58,985 nt of DNA from Octopus bimaculoides (GCF_001194135.2 NC_068989.1:32842358-32901342); one strand, 5' to 3'; numbered from the stretch's first letter, positions 12,640-24,829 are shown. Translations and numbers: made by a program. The notes: generated by a model from the letters alone, not told the origin.

Positions 12640-12925
12640 AATCTCTCAGAGAGACTTAAGCAGTAGTGATGCGATAAAGTAGTTGTATACTGCCAACTTA
12701 ACGTGACAGTCCCAATAAGGGAATATACTACTGCTATTTAGCCCTAGGCAGCTGGACCGCTTCCTATTAGGCCTTGACACATTTCCTGTGTCCTTATCTT
12801 TGTGAGGGGGAGACAAACTCCTCCACCCAGCTTAGCCTGCATTCAGGGACATGTTTCTGAGTCTTTGCTCATCATCAGCCTGAAATAGTATACCTTTGCA
12901 AGAAGTAAACAAGCTTTTTCAAANN
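12640..12925 (-). mobile_element. Penelope-like terminal repeat carrying a hammerhead ribozyme
   Basis: Homologous to 8120-8285 and contains the complete hammerhead at 12842-12884; PLE assignment is inferred from the ribozyme type. Confidence 0.65.
12842..12884 (-). ncRNA. Minimal type-I hammerhead ribozyme
   Basis: RNA UUCAGG-CUGAUGA-UGAG(CAAAGA)CUCA-GAAA-CAUGUC/CCUGAA: intact core, 6-bp stem I, 4-bp stem II, palindromic ACAUGU stem III and a GUC cleavage triplet. Confidence 0.85.
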
Positions 12926-13187
12926 NNNNNNNNNNNNNNNNNNNNNNNNNNNNNNNNNNNNNNNNNNNNNNNNNNNNNNNNNNNNNNNNNNNNNNNNNNN
13001 NNNNNNNNNNNNNNNNNNNNNNNNNNNNNNNNNNNNNNNNNNNNNNNNNNNNNNNNNNNNNNNNNNNNNNNNNNNNNNNNNNNNNNNNNNNNNNNNNNNN
13101 NNNNNNNNNNNNNNNNNNNNNNNNNNNNNNNNNNNNNNNNNNNNNNNNNNNNNNNNNNNNNNNNNNNNNNNNNNNNNNNNNNNNNNN

Positions 13188-13219
<32 letters not shown>

Positions 13220-14039
13220 ATAAAGATATATGGTCCCTCATTTTATAAATAATAATATAAATCAGTTCATCGGGAACATTGCTTTTTGCATGTTTGGTTT
13301 GTATCGATTTCCATGTCTGCAAGACTTCTTTTGAAACACTTTCTTCCATTGTGAAATTAAAATTGGGCACACATGGCTGAGATGTAACTCACCTGCTCCC
13401 ATACGTTAAGTAAGCCTTCAAGCAGTCTATCTACATGCTAGAAATAACAGCCAAATCTCACACAAACTTTCTTTTGCACATATTTTTTCATAAAATTTTT
13501 TGCATATGTTTCATATGGCCTAGAAGTCGATTGGTGATGAGTTTCAACAAAAATCCCATACTGGCCAGCTTTGTTTTTTGGCGATAAAATTTCAGAGAAA
13601 TTTCCAGTGGTAAAAAGAGGTATTATGAAAAAGTTAAAATAAAAAGAACTTGGGCTCATAGCCAAACGCGTTGCCCAAATGCATTGCCCATCTTGTAAAA
13701 TTATAGTGAGCTAAATTTACAAAGTGAAGCGGTCCGGAAGATCTCACTCATTTCGAAATTTCGCATGGTGATAGAAAATGAAACAATATGAGTGCGCATG
13801 CACAATACCTGAAAGGGAAATCAGTTGACCCAACAAAACAAAAAAGTAAAAAAATAAATGAACACTTTATTGTAACTTTCTGCCACACAGTATTCGCAAT
13901 AAAATAATGAAAAAATATAGAATCAATCTAATCATTTTTCTGCAAAGATTTATATTAGAGAACTTTTTCGCGCTAAAATTGTGTATAAGAGAACATCATT
14001 TACTAACCAAATTGTTATTAAAATAAATTATCTCTAACA

Positions 14040-14201
14040 AGTACAGAAGTGGTTGTGTGGTTCTGGGTTCAATCCCACTATGTGGCACCTTGGGCAAGTG
14101 TCTTCTACTATTGCCTCAGGCCAAGCAAAGCCTTGTGAGTGAATTTGGTAGACAGAAACTGAAAGAAACCCGTCATATATATGTATCTATCTATCTATCT
14201 A

Positions 14202-14248
<47 letters not shown>

Positions 14249-14690
14249 GCTTCATCCAGGTATAGCGTGGATTCAATCTTTGATCGCCAAATTTCACTTA
14301 ACAGTTCAACAACACTTTTTTCATGGTAAAACAATATTTTTTCTGTGAGTGACAGCAGTTACATTTGCCAGATGCCTTCGCTATGCAGAATAATGTCTTT
14401 GCCACTTGACCTTTCTAACCTCTTCTAGGGCACCAAAAGCTAGAATTTTACGTACATATATATATATATATTATATGTGTGTGTGTGTGTGTGTGTGTTT
14501 GTCCCCTCCAACATGGCTTGACAGCCAATGTTGGTGTGTCTACGTCCCCGTAACTTAGCAGTTCGGCAAAAGAGGACTGACAGAATAAGTACTAGGCTTA
14601 CAAAGAATTAGTCCAGGGGTCGATTTGCTCGACTAAAGGCAGTGCTCCAGCATGGCCGCAGTCAAATGACAAACAAATAAAAGAATACCT
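14040..14690 (+). mobile_element. tRNA-derived SINE family A, both halves around a microsatellite
   Basis: Head GGTTGTGTGGTTCTGGGTTCAATCCCAC...CTTGGGCAAGTG, then (TA)n/(TG)n, then tail GTCCCCGTAACTTAGC...GGTGCTCCAGCATGGCCGCAG-like. Confidence 0.85.
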
Positions 14691-14775
14691 TTTAAATTGT
14701 TGTCAGAAAAATATTCACTAACAGAGAATCAATTTCAAGTACCGTTAACAAAAACAAAGAGAAAAAACAGGATCC

Positions 14776-15635
14776 TTAGGGTTTGACGGCCAACATTTTT
14801 TTATGTAGTGTTTTTGGCACCGAAACACTTTCAAACTTCGTATACTTGTATATTTTGTGGTATAGAACAGATAAAAATTTTTGTATCCGAAGTTATTTCA
14901 CGTTAAAAATTGTCTTATGTCGATAATTTCAACTAATCACTGACGTCTATTCAGTTGAATACAGTTAGTGCTGTGACGGTGTATATGGTATTAATCCCCG
15001 TTAGTTCTGACATTTCCGATTAACTAGACTGTTCGTAAACAAAGGGGAAAAAGCCATCAAAATACTTGAATATTGCCTGCACTTGTTATTGGAGCTGGCA
15101 GAATTATTAATGCACCTCCACCAAGTGCTTCATTTCCTAGAAATTGCAGCCAAATCTTCTTCAAATCAAACTCTAGTTTAGGGTTAGGGTTCGGATTTTA
15201 GAGTTAGGGTTATGGTTATGAGTTATAGGGTTTTAGGGTTAGGGTTAGAGTTATAGGGTTTTAGGGTTAGGGTTAGGGTCATGAGTGAAGTTATGGCAAC
15301 CCTAACCCTAACTCTAGAACCCAAACTTATTATATAAACAATATATGCGTATAAATTACGATTAAACCGGATGAAATATGTCACAGGGAATAACATTTTT
15401 ATGACCGGGAAAAAATTATTGTTTACAAAGAGCACTGACTGTATTCAGCTGAATAGACGTCAGTGATTGGTTGAAATTACAGAAATATGACAACTTTAAC
15501 ATGAAATAACTTGCGATGTACAATTTTTTGTTAAGAAGGCTAAGAGAAAAAGTTGTTTTGTATGACACATTCTACCAGTGTCCCAAGTTTGAAAGTGTTT
15601 CGTTAAGAAAACAAGTGTTGGCCGTCAAATCATAA
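14776..15635. mobile_element. MITE-like element with ~200-bp TIRs
   Basis: 14776-14972 is inverse to 15431-15635 (TTTGACGGCCAAC, GAAACACTTTCAAACTT, AATCACTGACGTCTATTCAG). Confidence 0.8.
15178..15322. repeat. Degenerate telomere-type (TTAGGG)n tract facing a short (CCCTAA)n tract
   Basis: Multiple TTAGGG/TTAGAG/TTATGG units at 15178-15280, then AACCCTAACCCTAACTCT at 15298-15315. Confidence 0.85.
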
Positions 15636-17398
15636 AGACTCAAAAAACAGCATACTAGGTGTAAAAAAAGTGTAGAAAACGAATATGACAAAAAAAAATT
15701 GCACAAACAAACGGGGGTGGGGTGGAGAGACTTTCAGAAAATTCACAAAATCCAATTTTTTCTCCATAATTTTCAGGAAAACATTTTCCCCACAAATTTC
15801 TTTATAATCGTAATCTATGCCCTATGAAAGGAAAAAATTGGATTGTGTGAATTTCTCTGATATAAATCTAAGCAGAAAGATGTAAATTTTGCTCAGTATA
15901 GTTTTACAATATGGGCAATGCATATGTTTGGCTAGGAGCCCAAGTTCCTGGCAATAACGTTTTATTTTAACTTTTTTATAATACTTCTTTTTACTGCGGG
16001 AATTTATTCAAAAATATGTGCGAGAAAGAGTTTGTGTGAGATTTGGCTATTATTTCTAGCATGTGGGTAGATTGCTTGAAGGCTTATTTAATGTACGGGA
16101 GCGGGTGGGTTACATCTCCGTTATGTGCGCCCAATTTTGATTTCAAAGTATTTAAAAAGTTATTTGGAAATCATAAAGAGAAACGAACGACAGAATCGGG
16201 CCGTCTGCATCTTAAAACCAAATATTAAAAAACAAAAATTTCCCAAAGCCTTTTCCCCATGTCGCCCACCCATCACCATATCACTTCCAAAGTTTCACTT
16301 TTAGCATAGCAGTCAACACATACGCAATGGTGAAAAGGTTTTCCAAACTTCATGTTTATGCTGTAGACTGCGAGGAGAGGAGGAGAGTTATTTATNNNNN
16401 NNNNNNNNNNNNNNNNNNNNNNNNNNNNNNNNNNNNNNNNNNNNNNNNNNNNNNNNNNNNNNNNNNNNNNNNNNNNNNNNNNNNNNNNNNNNNNNNNNNN
16501 NNNNNNNNNNNNNNNNNNNNNNNNNNNNNNNNNNNNNNNNNNNNNNNNNNNNNNNNNNNNNNAAAAAAAAAAAAATTTCTAGAAAAAGTTAAAAAATGAA
16601 GAAATTGTGGGAGAGTAGGTGTGGGATTGAAATTTTGAAATGCCGATTTTTGTCAATTTGTTTTTCAGATTCGTAATCTCCGTACCCAAAAACGGAGGTT
16701 TCTGTAAAAATTAAAAATAAATAAAGTGGGGTACAAAAGGAAGTCTTTCCTCAATGTTTTCTGTTGATTCACTAAATCCTCCCTTCCATGGTGTGTGAAT
16801 AATAATCATTTTTTAAGTAAATTCAAATCTGGCTACCCCTAAAAAATTAGTAAATTCAATTTCCATTGCTGTAGCCTAAAATATTATAGTTACGGAATTC
16901 TCCCTGTGATAGATTAAGTAAACAAAGAGAGAAATTTTCATTAGGTTTCTATGCATATCTACTACATGATTATCCCTACAAGGAAATGATAAATATAGAT
17001 TATTATTAGTTAATTTAAACAATTTTTATACCAACTAATTTAAATACATAAAAGAGTTGTATTGAAGAAGTAATTTTTTATATATTTTTTGTTGTAGTTA
17101 GAAGAATTAGATACTTAATTATATACATTTATATACATACATATATTATTATTGTATGTTGTAATGACAAGAGACTATCTTCGACATCAAAGGGTTTCAG
17201 TTGGTATGTGTTTGAGATATAATGGAGTGGATTTCAATAGCTGTGGATTGAACTTACTTGATTGCATCATCCGTTAAAATGTTTTTGTTTTTTAATTGTA
17301 ATTGATGTAAGATTGAATAATTAACACTCACACTCATAACACAGATATTTGAGTTAATTTCTACAATGCAGACGGGATTTCGTCTTCTTGAACCGATT

Positions 17399-17481
17399 TA
17401 CCCTGAAGTGGCTTATATATAATTGAACTGTAATCATGTATATCATAAAACATATATATAAGCCGAAACAATTTGTTGGAC
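17399..17481 (+). ncRNA. Degenerate hammerhead-like motif
   Basis: CC-CUGAAGU-GGCUUAUAUAUA(loop)UAUAUAUAAGCC-GAAA-CAAUUUGUU-GG: perfect 12-bp stem II and palindromic stem III, but core A9 is replaced by U and stem I is only 2 bp. Confidence 0.45.
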
Positions 17482-17744
17482 TTTTACGATTTTTATAATT
17501 ATTTATATATTATGTTATGTTACATACATTTTTGTTATAGTATTTAATGTAATATTGTAATATAAATAAATTATTGAATGTCAATAGAATATCTCTATAT
17601 TTAATTTATCTTTATTATTGAATTACACCAATATTAATATGGTATCCAGCTGAAGTACCAGTGAATTGGATGTTTAACACACCCCTTTGAAGGATTTCTT
17701 TTCCTCAGTTTGTTACTTTATATATATATATATTATGTAGTAGG

Positions 17745-18788
17745 GGTGGTTGCTCTGAGATTGTAGCGGCTAGAATAAGAATAGCCTGGGCAAAGTTCAG
17801 GGAGCTCCTACTTCTGCTGGCAACTAAGGGCCTCTCACTCAGGATGAAAGGTAGACTGTATGATGCATGTGTGTGGACTGCCATGCTACACGGCAGTGAG
17901 ACATGGGCCATGACTGCTCAGGACATGCATGGCTTGAAAGAAATGAAGCTAGTATGATCCGCTGGATGTGTAATGTCAGTGTGCATACACGACAGTGTAA
18001 GTGCCCTGAGAGAAAAGTTGCGCATAAGAAGCATCAAATGTAGTGTACAAGAGAGACGACTGCACTGGTGTTACATATGGGTGAGGACAGCTGTGTGAGA
18101 AATTGCCACTCCCTAACTGGAAGGAACCTGTGGAAGAGGTAGACCCAGGAAGACATGGAATGAGGTGGTGAAGTATGACCTTCGAACATTGGGCCTCACG
18201 GAGGCAGTGACAGGCGACAGAGATCTTTGTAGATATGCTGTGATTGAGAAGACCCAGCAACTAAAGTGAGATCACAACCACACATGTCTGGCCCAGTTAA
18301 GAGTACTCCTGATGCATCAGACAATATGATATGCTTGAAAAGACTGTTGATTCAAGTAAAACCAATACTGTACCTGTGGCCAGTGCCCCCAGACTGGCTC
18401 CCATGCCAGCGGCATGTAAAAAACACCATCCGAACATGGTTGATGCCAGGTCCGCCTGACTGACTCCCATGCCAGTGGCGCATAAACGCACCATCCGAAC
18501 GTGGCCGATGCTAGTACCCCTGACTGGCCCCTGTGCCGGTGGCACATAAAAATGCACAGTCCGAACGTGATCGATGCCAGGCCTGCCTGACTGGTTCCTG
18601 TGCTGGTGGCACATAAGAAGCATCCACTACACTCTCAGAGTGGTTGGCGTTAGGAAGGGCATCCAGCAGTAGAAACATTGCCAGATCAGATTGGAGCCTT
18701 GTGCAGCCACTGGCTCTCTATACCTCAGTCAAACCGCCCAACCCATGCCAGCAGGGAAAATGGATGTTAAAACGATGATGATGATGAT
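17745..18788 (+). mobile_element. 5'-truncated RTE LINE with 3' UTR tandem hairpin array and (GAT)n tail
   Basis: ARIRIAWAKFRELL and GRPRKTW encoded at 17765-18180; four ~64-nt units at 18395-18620; terminal module to 18788. Confidence 0.9.
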
Positions 18789-19050
18789 GTCATGAAAGTG
18801 ACAGAGGGTACTGGTCAGCACCGATTATGCTAAAATAAGAGTTAAATTAACTCTAAAGCCACAAAGCACTAGCCACTGATGAGAATTAAGGTGTCCAATA
18901 TCAGGATTCAAAATTGTGATTCAGCTGCATATGCTAGGGACTTACCTCCCTTTGTTAGTCGTTAAATTTGTGCTTTGTGGCTTTAGACTTAATTTAACTC
19001 CTATCTTAGCATAATCAGTGCTGATCAGCATCCGCTGTCACTTTTGTGAC
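18789..19050. mobile_element. MITE-like element with ~80-bp TIRs
   Basis: GTCATGAAAGTGACAG...GATTATGCTAA...AGTTAAATTAA...TAAAGCCACAAAGCAC is inverse to GTGCTTTGTGGCTTTAG...TTAATTTAACT...TTAGCATAATC...CTGTCACTTTTGTGAC. Confidence 0.8.
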
Positions 19051-19229
19051 CTCTATTAATATATGTACACTTATATATGTATAAATATATATATATTAGA
19101 AAGAGTTATTTGTCAGGAATTATCATTCTGGGCAAAATACTTCATAAGCTCTCTGTTAGTACACCAGGCTAACAATATTAGATTAGTTAAGAACTTCATG
19201 AATACTTGTGGCAGGGTCCGAGGTTATAA

Positions 19230-19443
19230 ATCATCACCATTCTATATTGTAAATCTGTGGTTGTGCTCAATTTATACTGTTTTGTCTGAACAAGTGCACT
19301 GTGTACCATGCATCAGGTGTTGAAGTGATTGCAGAGCAATGTGAAGTGAAGTATTTTGCTCAAGAACACAACACACCACCTGGTCTAGGAATTGAAATCA
19401 CAATCATTAGATCATGAGTGCAACACTCTAACCACTAAGCCAT
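19230..19443 (-). mobile_element. tRNA-derived SINE family C
   Basis: Minus strand TGGCTTAGTGGTTAGAGTG...GATTTCAATTCC...TGTGTTCTTGAGCAAAATACTTCA; same family as 49522-49725. Confidence 0.75.
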
Positions 19444-19454
19444 AATAATAATAA

Positions 19455-19665
19455 TAATCCTTTCTACCAAAGCACAAGGCCTGAAATTTTGTGGGAGGGG
19501 ACTAGTTGATTACATCAACCCCAATTCCTCTGCTGGTACTTATTCTATCAGCCATGAAAGGCAAAGTCAACCAAGGTGGAATTTGAATTCAGAACATAGT
19601 GACAGGCGAAATGCTGCTAAACATTTTGCCTAGCATGCTAATGATTCTACCAGCTCACCACCTTA
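19455..19665 (-). mobile_element. tRNA-derived SINE family B
   Basis: CACAAGGCCTGAAATTTT...GGCAAAGTCAACC...GGAATTTGAATTCAGAAC...GCTAAxCATTTTGCC; matches 57571-57788. Confidence 0.8.
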
Positions 19666-22208
19666 ATGATAATAATAATTATAATAAAATAAATAAAATC
19701 AAATAAAAAAAATTAGATTAAAGAAATTTTAAAGATTTAAAAAAATTAACGAAATGAAAAACATACATGCATACACATATATATAAAACATTAGGTAAGA
19801 TCATTTGCATATATCCCTTATGCATTATACCCATCTTGACCAATGTCTTTCACTATAATGCTAAAGTTATCTAGGGAGCCTGCTGAAGGATTTATTATAG
19901 AAGTGCTTATGGTGTATCACTAATTCCTGCCTATAATTAATTGGGTTTCTCTCTGATGTAAGTATTTGGAGTGACTCTTCTAGGCAGAGTTCACATCTAC
20001 TACTTCTTATTTCTTATGGTTTTGCTCAACTTAGGATTGACAATTTTAACCCATATTTTATTGGGGTTTTTTTCATCCCTGAGTTGCCATATTAGCTTAC
20101 TAAGTGATATCTCATTTTCCTTCTTTTGGGTTTGAATGATGTGGTGTGGTTGTAATAGAGCTTAAATATCGTTGAGCAACATCCTATGTAATAGTTTTAT
20201 GGGTTACTACTGCACATTCATTGACTGTTCTTTTCCAGACATGATTTATTTAAAGGACATTCTCTATCTCCCCTACAGTTACAACTGGCCCTGTCTTTCC
20301 TATTACTACTACCTGTGTGGTTATTATCCCTATTATTATTATCGTTATTGGTATTATTGTTGCTGTTGTTATAGTTATTATCATTTCTATTTATATTACC
20401 CTCTCTATTGATATTAATGTTTACTATCTTTCTGTTATTTTCCACGCATGCACTTCCTGTATTATTTGCACTATCTCCACCTCCATTCTCACAATGTTTA
20501 CCCTCATCCTTCCCATTGCTAGCTCTGATCCACTCGCTACCAATTACTATTAGCAGCTTAACTAAAACATTTCTCAGTACCACTATTATTCCTAATTTAG
20601 TTGTAGGTACTCCTATTATTAATATTATTTATACATTCCCTCTGATGCTTGTTGTTTTTACATATTTTAGTCTGGTCTAGGTCTGATGGGTCTATTGTTT
20701 CTAATTCCCTTAATCTCCAGTTCTCATGGGACACTTATCTGTGTGAGGTTCCTTGTGGTGAAGTAAGCAAATCTCATGGAGTGCCTCCTATATCTGCTCG
20801 ACAGAGGGAAATGTTTGTCAAGGGCTGCAAAAAATTTCCCTGAAATGTTAGTGGTGATTTGGACACCAAATGGAGCATTGAACCAGATAGTTTTCATAAT
20901 TTCTCTTTCTTTTTTATATAATTGGAATCTATAGTTTTTTTTTTATCTCCCTGTATCATGCTGTTTATGTTTATTCTCATCTTTATTATCATTATAACTA
21001 TTTTCAATTCCGTCAAGGACCTTATCTCTGCTATCTGATACAAATATCTCCATGTTCCTATTATATCTGTCATTTATGTGTTTGTCTTCAGGTGGATCTA
21101 AGATCTTAGTCATCGGTTTATCCTTGCTGTTCCATTAACGTATGCAATTTGCTATATATGGGGAGCATTCCATTCTACGGTGGCCCTACCATAAGATGAA
21201 TTTTTGTATTTAATTTCTTATTGCATTTATTCTTCCTATATTTTGAAATCCAACCATTACCTCTCCAGTTTGAACTTAAGTCAAGTTTTGTAAGTGATGT
21301 GATGTCATTACTCTTACATAAATTGCCACAAGGTATATATTTGATTTTTCTGCCATAAGTGGCCTCCATTAATGACATGTTGTAGTACCCCTGTAACTTC
21401 TAAAAATGTCCCCATTTGCCAATATCCTAGACATAGCAGACACCCCCATGTGGATAGAGTTTATGATAATTTACGGATGATAACTCCTCAAATTACATAC
21501 CTTAGTTTTTCATTTTGCTTAGGGAAAGGGTGATGTAATCCAATGCTGATGTCAAGTGTGGTCTCCAGAAAATTAACTCTACTATACTCAGTTCTATTGA
21601 TATCTTAAGTCCTAATTGTTTAAAGAATTTTACGAGTGTCTTCCTATACTTCTGTAATATGTATATGTTACAATTTTGTACTGTAAAGAGTGTGTTGTCC
21701 CTGTACAATCTGCCCCTAGTTTCAGAAATTCCACTCCTATGCGTTTTAAAATGTAAATTCTTTCTAGATCTGCTGCTTGAGCTGAGTCTCTCAAACCCAT
21801 GGTTATATCAAAGTTATTAGGTGTCTTTCCTCATCCAGAGATTTTCTTCATATTCTATAATCATTTTTCTAACTTCTCTTATAATATCTATTTCTTCCTT
21901 TGCAAAGAGTTCTTCCTAGCAAAGATTATTTAGCAGTATGGGATTGATGAAGTGTAATAATTGGATATGTTTATTTGTATGAATTTTGTGTTCTCCTTGT
22001 CCCTAATGTTCCTAAACCAGTGTTCTACTTCAAATGAATTAGACCATAAATCCAGCTTGATCCTGTTTCTTAGAGTGGGTATGTACCTGTCAATTATCAG
22101 TTTACTTAGTCTTTCTAAGTGTGACTTGGATGGGCATATAAGCCTGACTGTGAGTTTGGTGGTAAAGTTAAGTTTGTGGCCTTTTGAAGTAATCCTTGGT
22201 GGGAGCTA

Positions 22209-22977
22209 ATGCAGTTTCAAACCTCTCTTTGAAAAATGCATTTTTTTGAAAAGTTTTTTTTCAAATTCCTATGTTTTAGATGTTGAAGATTACGAATATG
22301 CAAAAAAAATGTTTTTTTAACCCCACCACCACTCCCCACTCCCATTTAAAATTTTGAACTTTTTTGAAATTTTTTTCCCTATGATGGAGATTCTGGATAT
22401 GCAAGAAACTACATTTTGAAACTTTTAAATTCAATCAGCATATAGATAGCTGTATAAAGAGATAGATATGAATGTCTTCCTGGGGCTAAAAACAACAGTA
22501 ACATCGTCTTCTATAGGACCACCACATTTAGTTGACAAATATATTTTATGACTAAACAGATAGACAAATAAATAAATGGATGAAAAACTTCAAAATTTTA
22601 AATTGAGGGAGGGGTGAAATTTGAGCCCCTTATTAAACTTTATAACATTAATTATTAAATATTAATGTCTGTTTCTTATAAAATGGTGTATATCTAATGT
22701 ACATTTTATTATTATTTACGATTATTTAAGGCAAACACAAGTAAAACACAAATTCTTTTCACTTTAATGTTTTTGTCTATTTAATTTCGATTTGCATATG
22801 TTCATCAATTCACTACGATGTCTTTAAAGTAAACAAAATCAAAAATTTAAATTGTGGCGGGGAATTAAAAAAAATTTTTGTTTTTGCATATTTGTAATCT
22901 CCGACATCTAAAATGTAGGAATCTGAAAAAAATGTTTTTAAAAAATGCATTTTTCAAGGAGAGGTACAAAACTGCAT
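22209..22977. mobile_element. Non-autonomous DNA element with ~120-bp TIRs inserted in the PLE
   Basis: ATGCAGTTTCAAACCTCTCTTTGAAAAATGCATTTT...GATTACGAATATGCAAAAA is inverse to TTTTTGCATATTTGTAATC...AAAATGCATTTTTCAAGGAGAGGTACAAAACTGCAT. Confidence 0.75.
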
Positions 22978-23929
22978 CAGCCCCTGCCCCTTGGTGTGTT
23001 AGGTTTGTACAGCTCTGTTCTGTCATCTATACTGAGTTCATACATTATCCATTTTACTTGCCTTATTGATATTAAGTAAGGTATGTTCCATTATAATCCT
23101 ATTGTCCTTTAAAATCTCCTTTCTGATTAAGTTGTTGTAATCCTTATAATCTATGTGGTAGACATTCCCTGTTTTATCTGAATGTACTAATATTCCAGAT
23201 TTGCTTTTACTTTCTTTAGTTATTTAGTGTAATTTCCTGAGGTGTAGGTTCTGTCTTAGTAGGTGTTTGTGGAACTTGATGTTCCTTACTATGTTCTACA
23301 GCTCTTCCTAAAATTCAGCCATATGAGGGTTGAAAGGTGGGTTACCTCTGCTTCTAAGTTCACTTTTCCAGTCTATTTTTGTTTTAGTGTTAATATCACT
23401 CCAGTTTTCCTTTTCAAATTGGTATGCTTTCCACCTCATTCTTCTTATAATTGCATTGTTTTTTTCAATCAGGGACTTAAATAACTCCTTCTTATGTGGT
23501 AGAGGTATATCTTAGAATATGTCTATATGTAAATTTTCCATTATATTAAAATAGTTATTTGTGAGGAATTATCAATCTGGGCAAAATACTTCATAAGCTC
23601 TCTCTTAGGATACTAGAATAACAATATTGTTTAGATTGTATTCTAATGGCAGGGTGAGAGCTTATAGTTCATCACTGTTCTTCCCATGCCTGTACCATCT
23701 CTGCAGTTTTCTGCTTTGTTATAACCAGAAATGGCTCTGTTGAAAGTAGCATTAATTTTTTTTAGATCATTCAATTTTTCTCAACTGAACAATAGACTGA
23801 TTGAGTAAACCTATCAGTAACAAGTCTATAATGACTACTGGTAACAGCTGTAAGCCAAAGTTATTGCAATAAAGAAAAAATATGTAATGACCATTATACA
23901 GTGTGTTGTATATACGTACATACATACAT

Positions 23930-24312
23930 ATATTCTTTTATTCTTTTACTCGTTTCAGTCATTTAACTGTGGTCATACTGGACCACCATTTTGAAGAGTT
24001 TTAGTTGAACAAATTGAAGCCAGGACTTTTTTTTAAAGCCTAATACTTATTTCATTAGTCTCTTTTGTTGTACCACTAAGTTAAAGGGACGTAAACACAC
24101 CATCACTGGTTATCAAGCAGTGATGGGGGACAAACAAAGACACACAGATATATGTAATGGGCTTCTTTTCAGTTTCTGTCTTCCAAATCCACTCACAAGA
24201 ATTTGGTCAGCCCAAGGCTATAGTAAAAGACACTTGCTCATGGTGACATACAGTGGAACAAAACCCACAGCCATGTTGTTGGGAAGCAAGCTTCTTTCCA
24301 CACAGCCACTTC
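23930..24312 (-). mobile_element. tRNA-derived SINE family A, full length and diverged
   Basis: Both halves are recognisable on the minus strand; further copy at ~42050-42435. Confidence 0.8.
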
Positions 24313-24829
24313 TGTGCCTATATATACATATATACATGCACACATATATATATGGATTGATGGATATATGTATATCCATATACATGTATGTTTGCATATG
24401 TATATGTCTGGATGTGTGTTGGTGCATATATCTACCTGCATGGATATATTTATGTATATGTAGCCTGCCTCAGTTTGAACTTGAGACAACTATTTTTTCC
24501 ATTTAGGATGCTTATCAAATTGTAGAATGCTGATTCTCATTCTCTGGATACAAGTTGTCTGTCTTCTTTCAAGTCATTTTCCATATTTTCAGCAGTGTAA
24601 TCTATAAGGGTATGAACAAATTTTGTAAATTGGACTTTGTCACTATAGTTTTAGGCTACATACTTTTTATTTATTGTGTCAACAGTGTAAGTTGGAAACA
24701 GGGCTGCATAATTTGTTTCTAGAAAGAGCTTACACTATTTTAGCATATGAATAAGTAAATTTTTTAAAGAGGTAGCCCCATATTACAAATTCACATTTGA
24801 AAGATCTAATTTAAGAACAATAAAGCCTA

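Larger units (their letters stand above)
13353..16144. mobile_element. Large non-autonomous foldback/DNA element (or two inverted copies) with nested insertions
   Basis: 13353-13721 is the diverged inverse of 15881-16144 (AAATTGGGCxCACAT...GAGATGTAAC...GCCTTCAAGCA...CACACAAACT...GAACTTGGGCTC...ATGCATTGCCCAT); the left arm has ~100 bp extra. Confidence 0.7.
19085..23680 (-). mobile_element. Near full-length degenerate Penelope-like retroelement with flanking direct repeats
   Basis: Minus strand, in order: N-terminal IIRRMRWKAY (~23430), RT fragments (YRDN, LVKFFKQLGL) and SCNCR..CPLN.SCL preceding the GIY-YIG region (~20250). ~130-bp direct repeats at 19085-19240 and 23555-23680; interrupted by SINEs and a MITE. 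Confidence 0.75.

Noticed and set aside
18875-18900. CTGATGA inside the MITE
   Set aside because: No stem II, GAAA or stem I partner.
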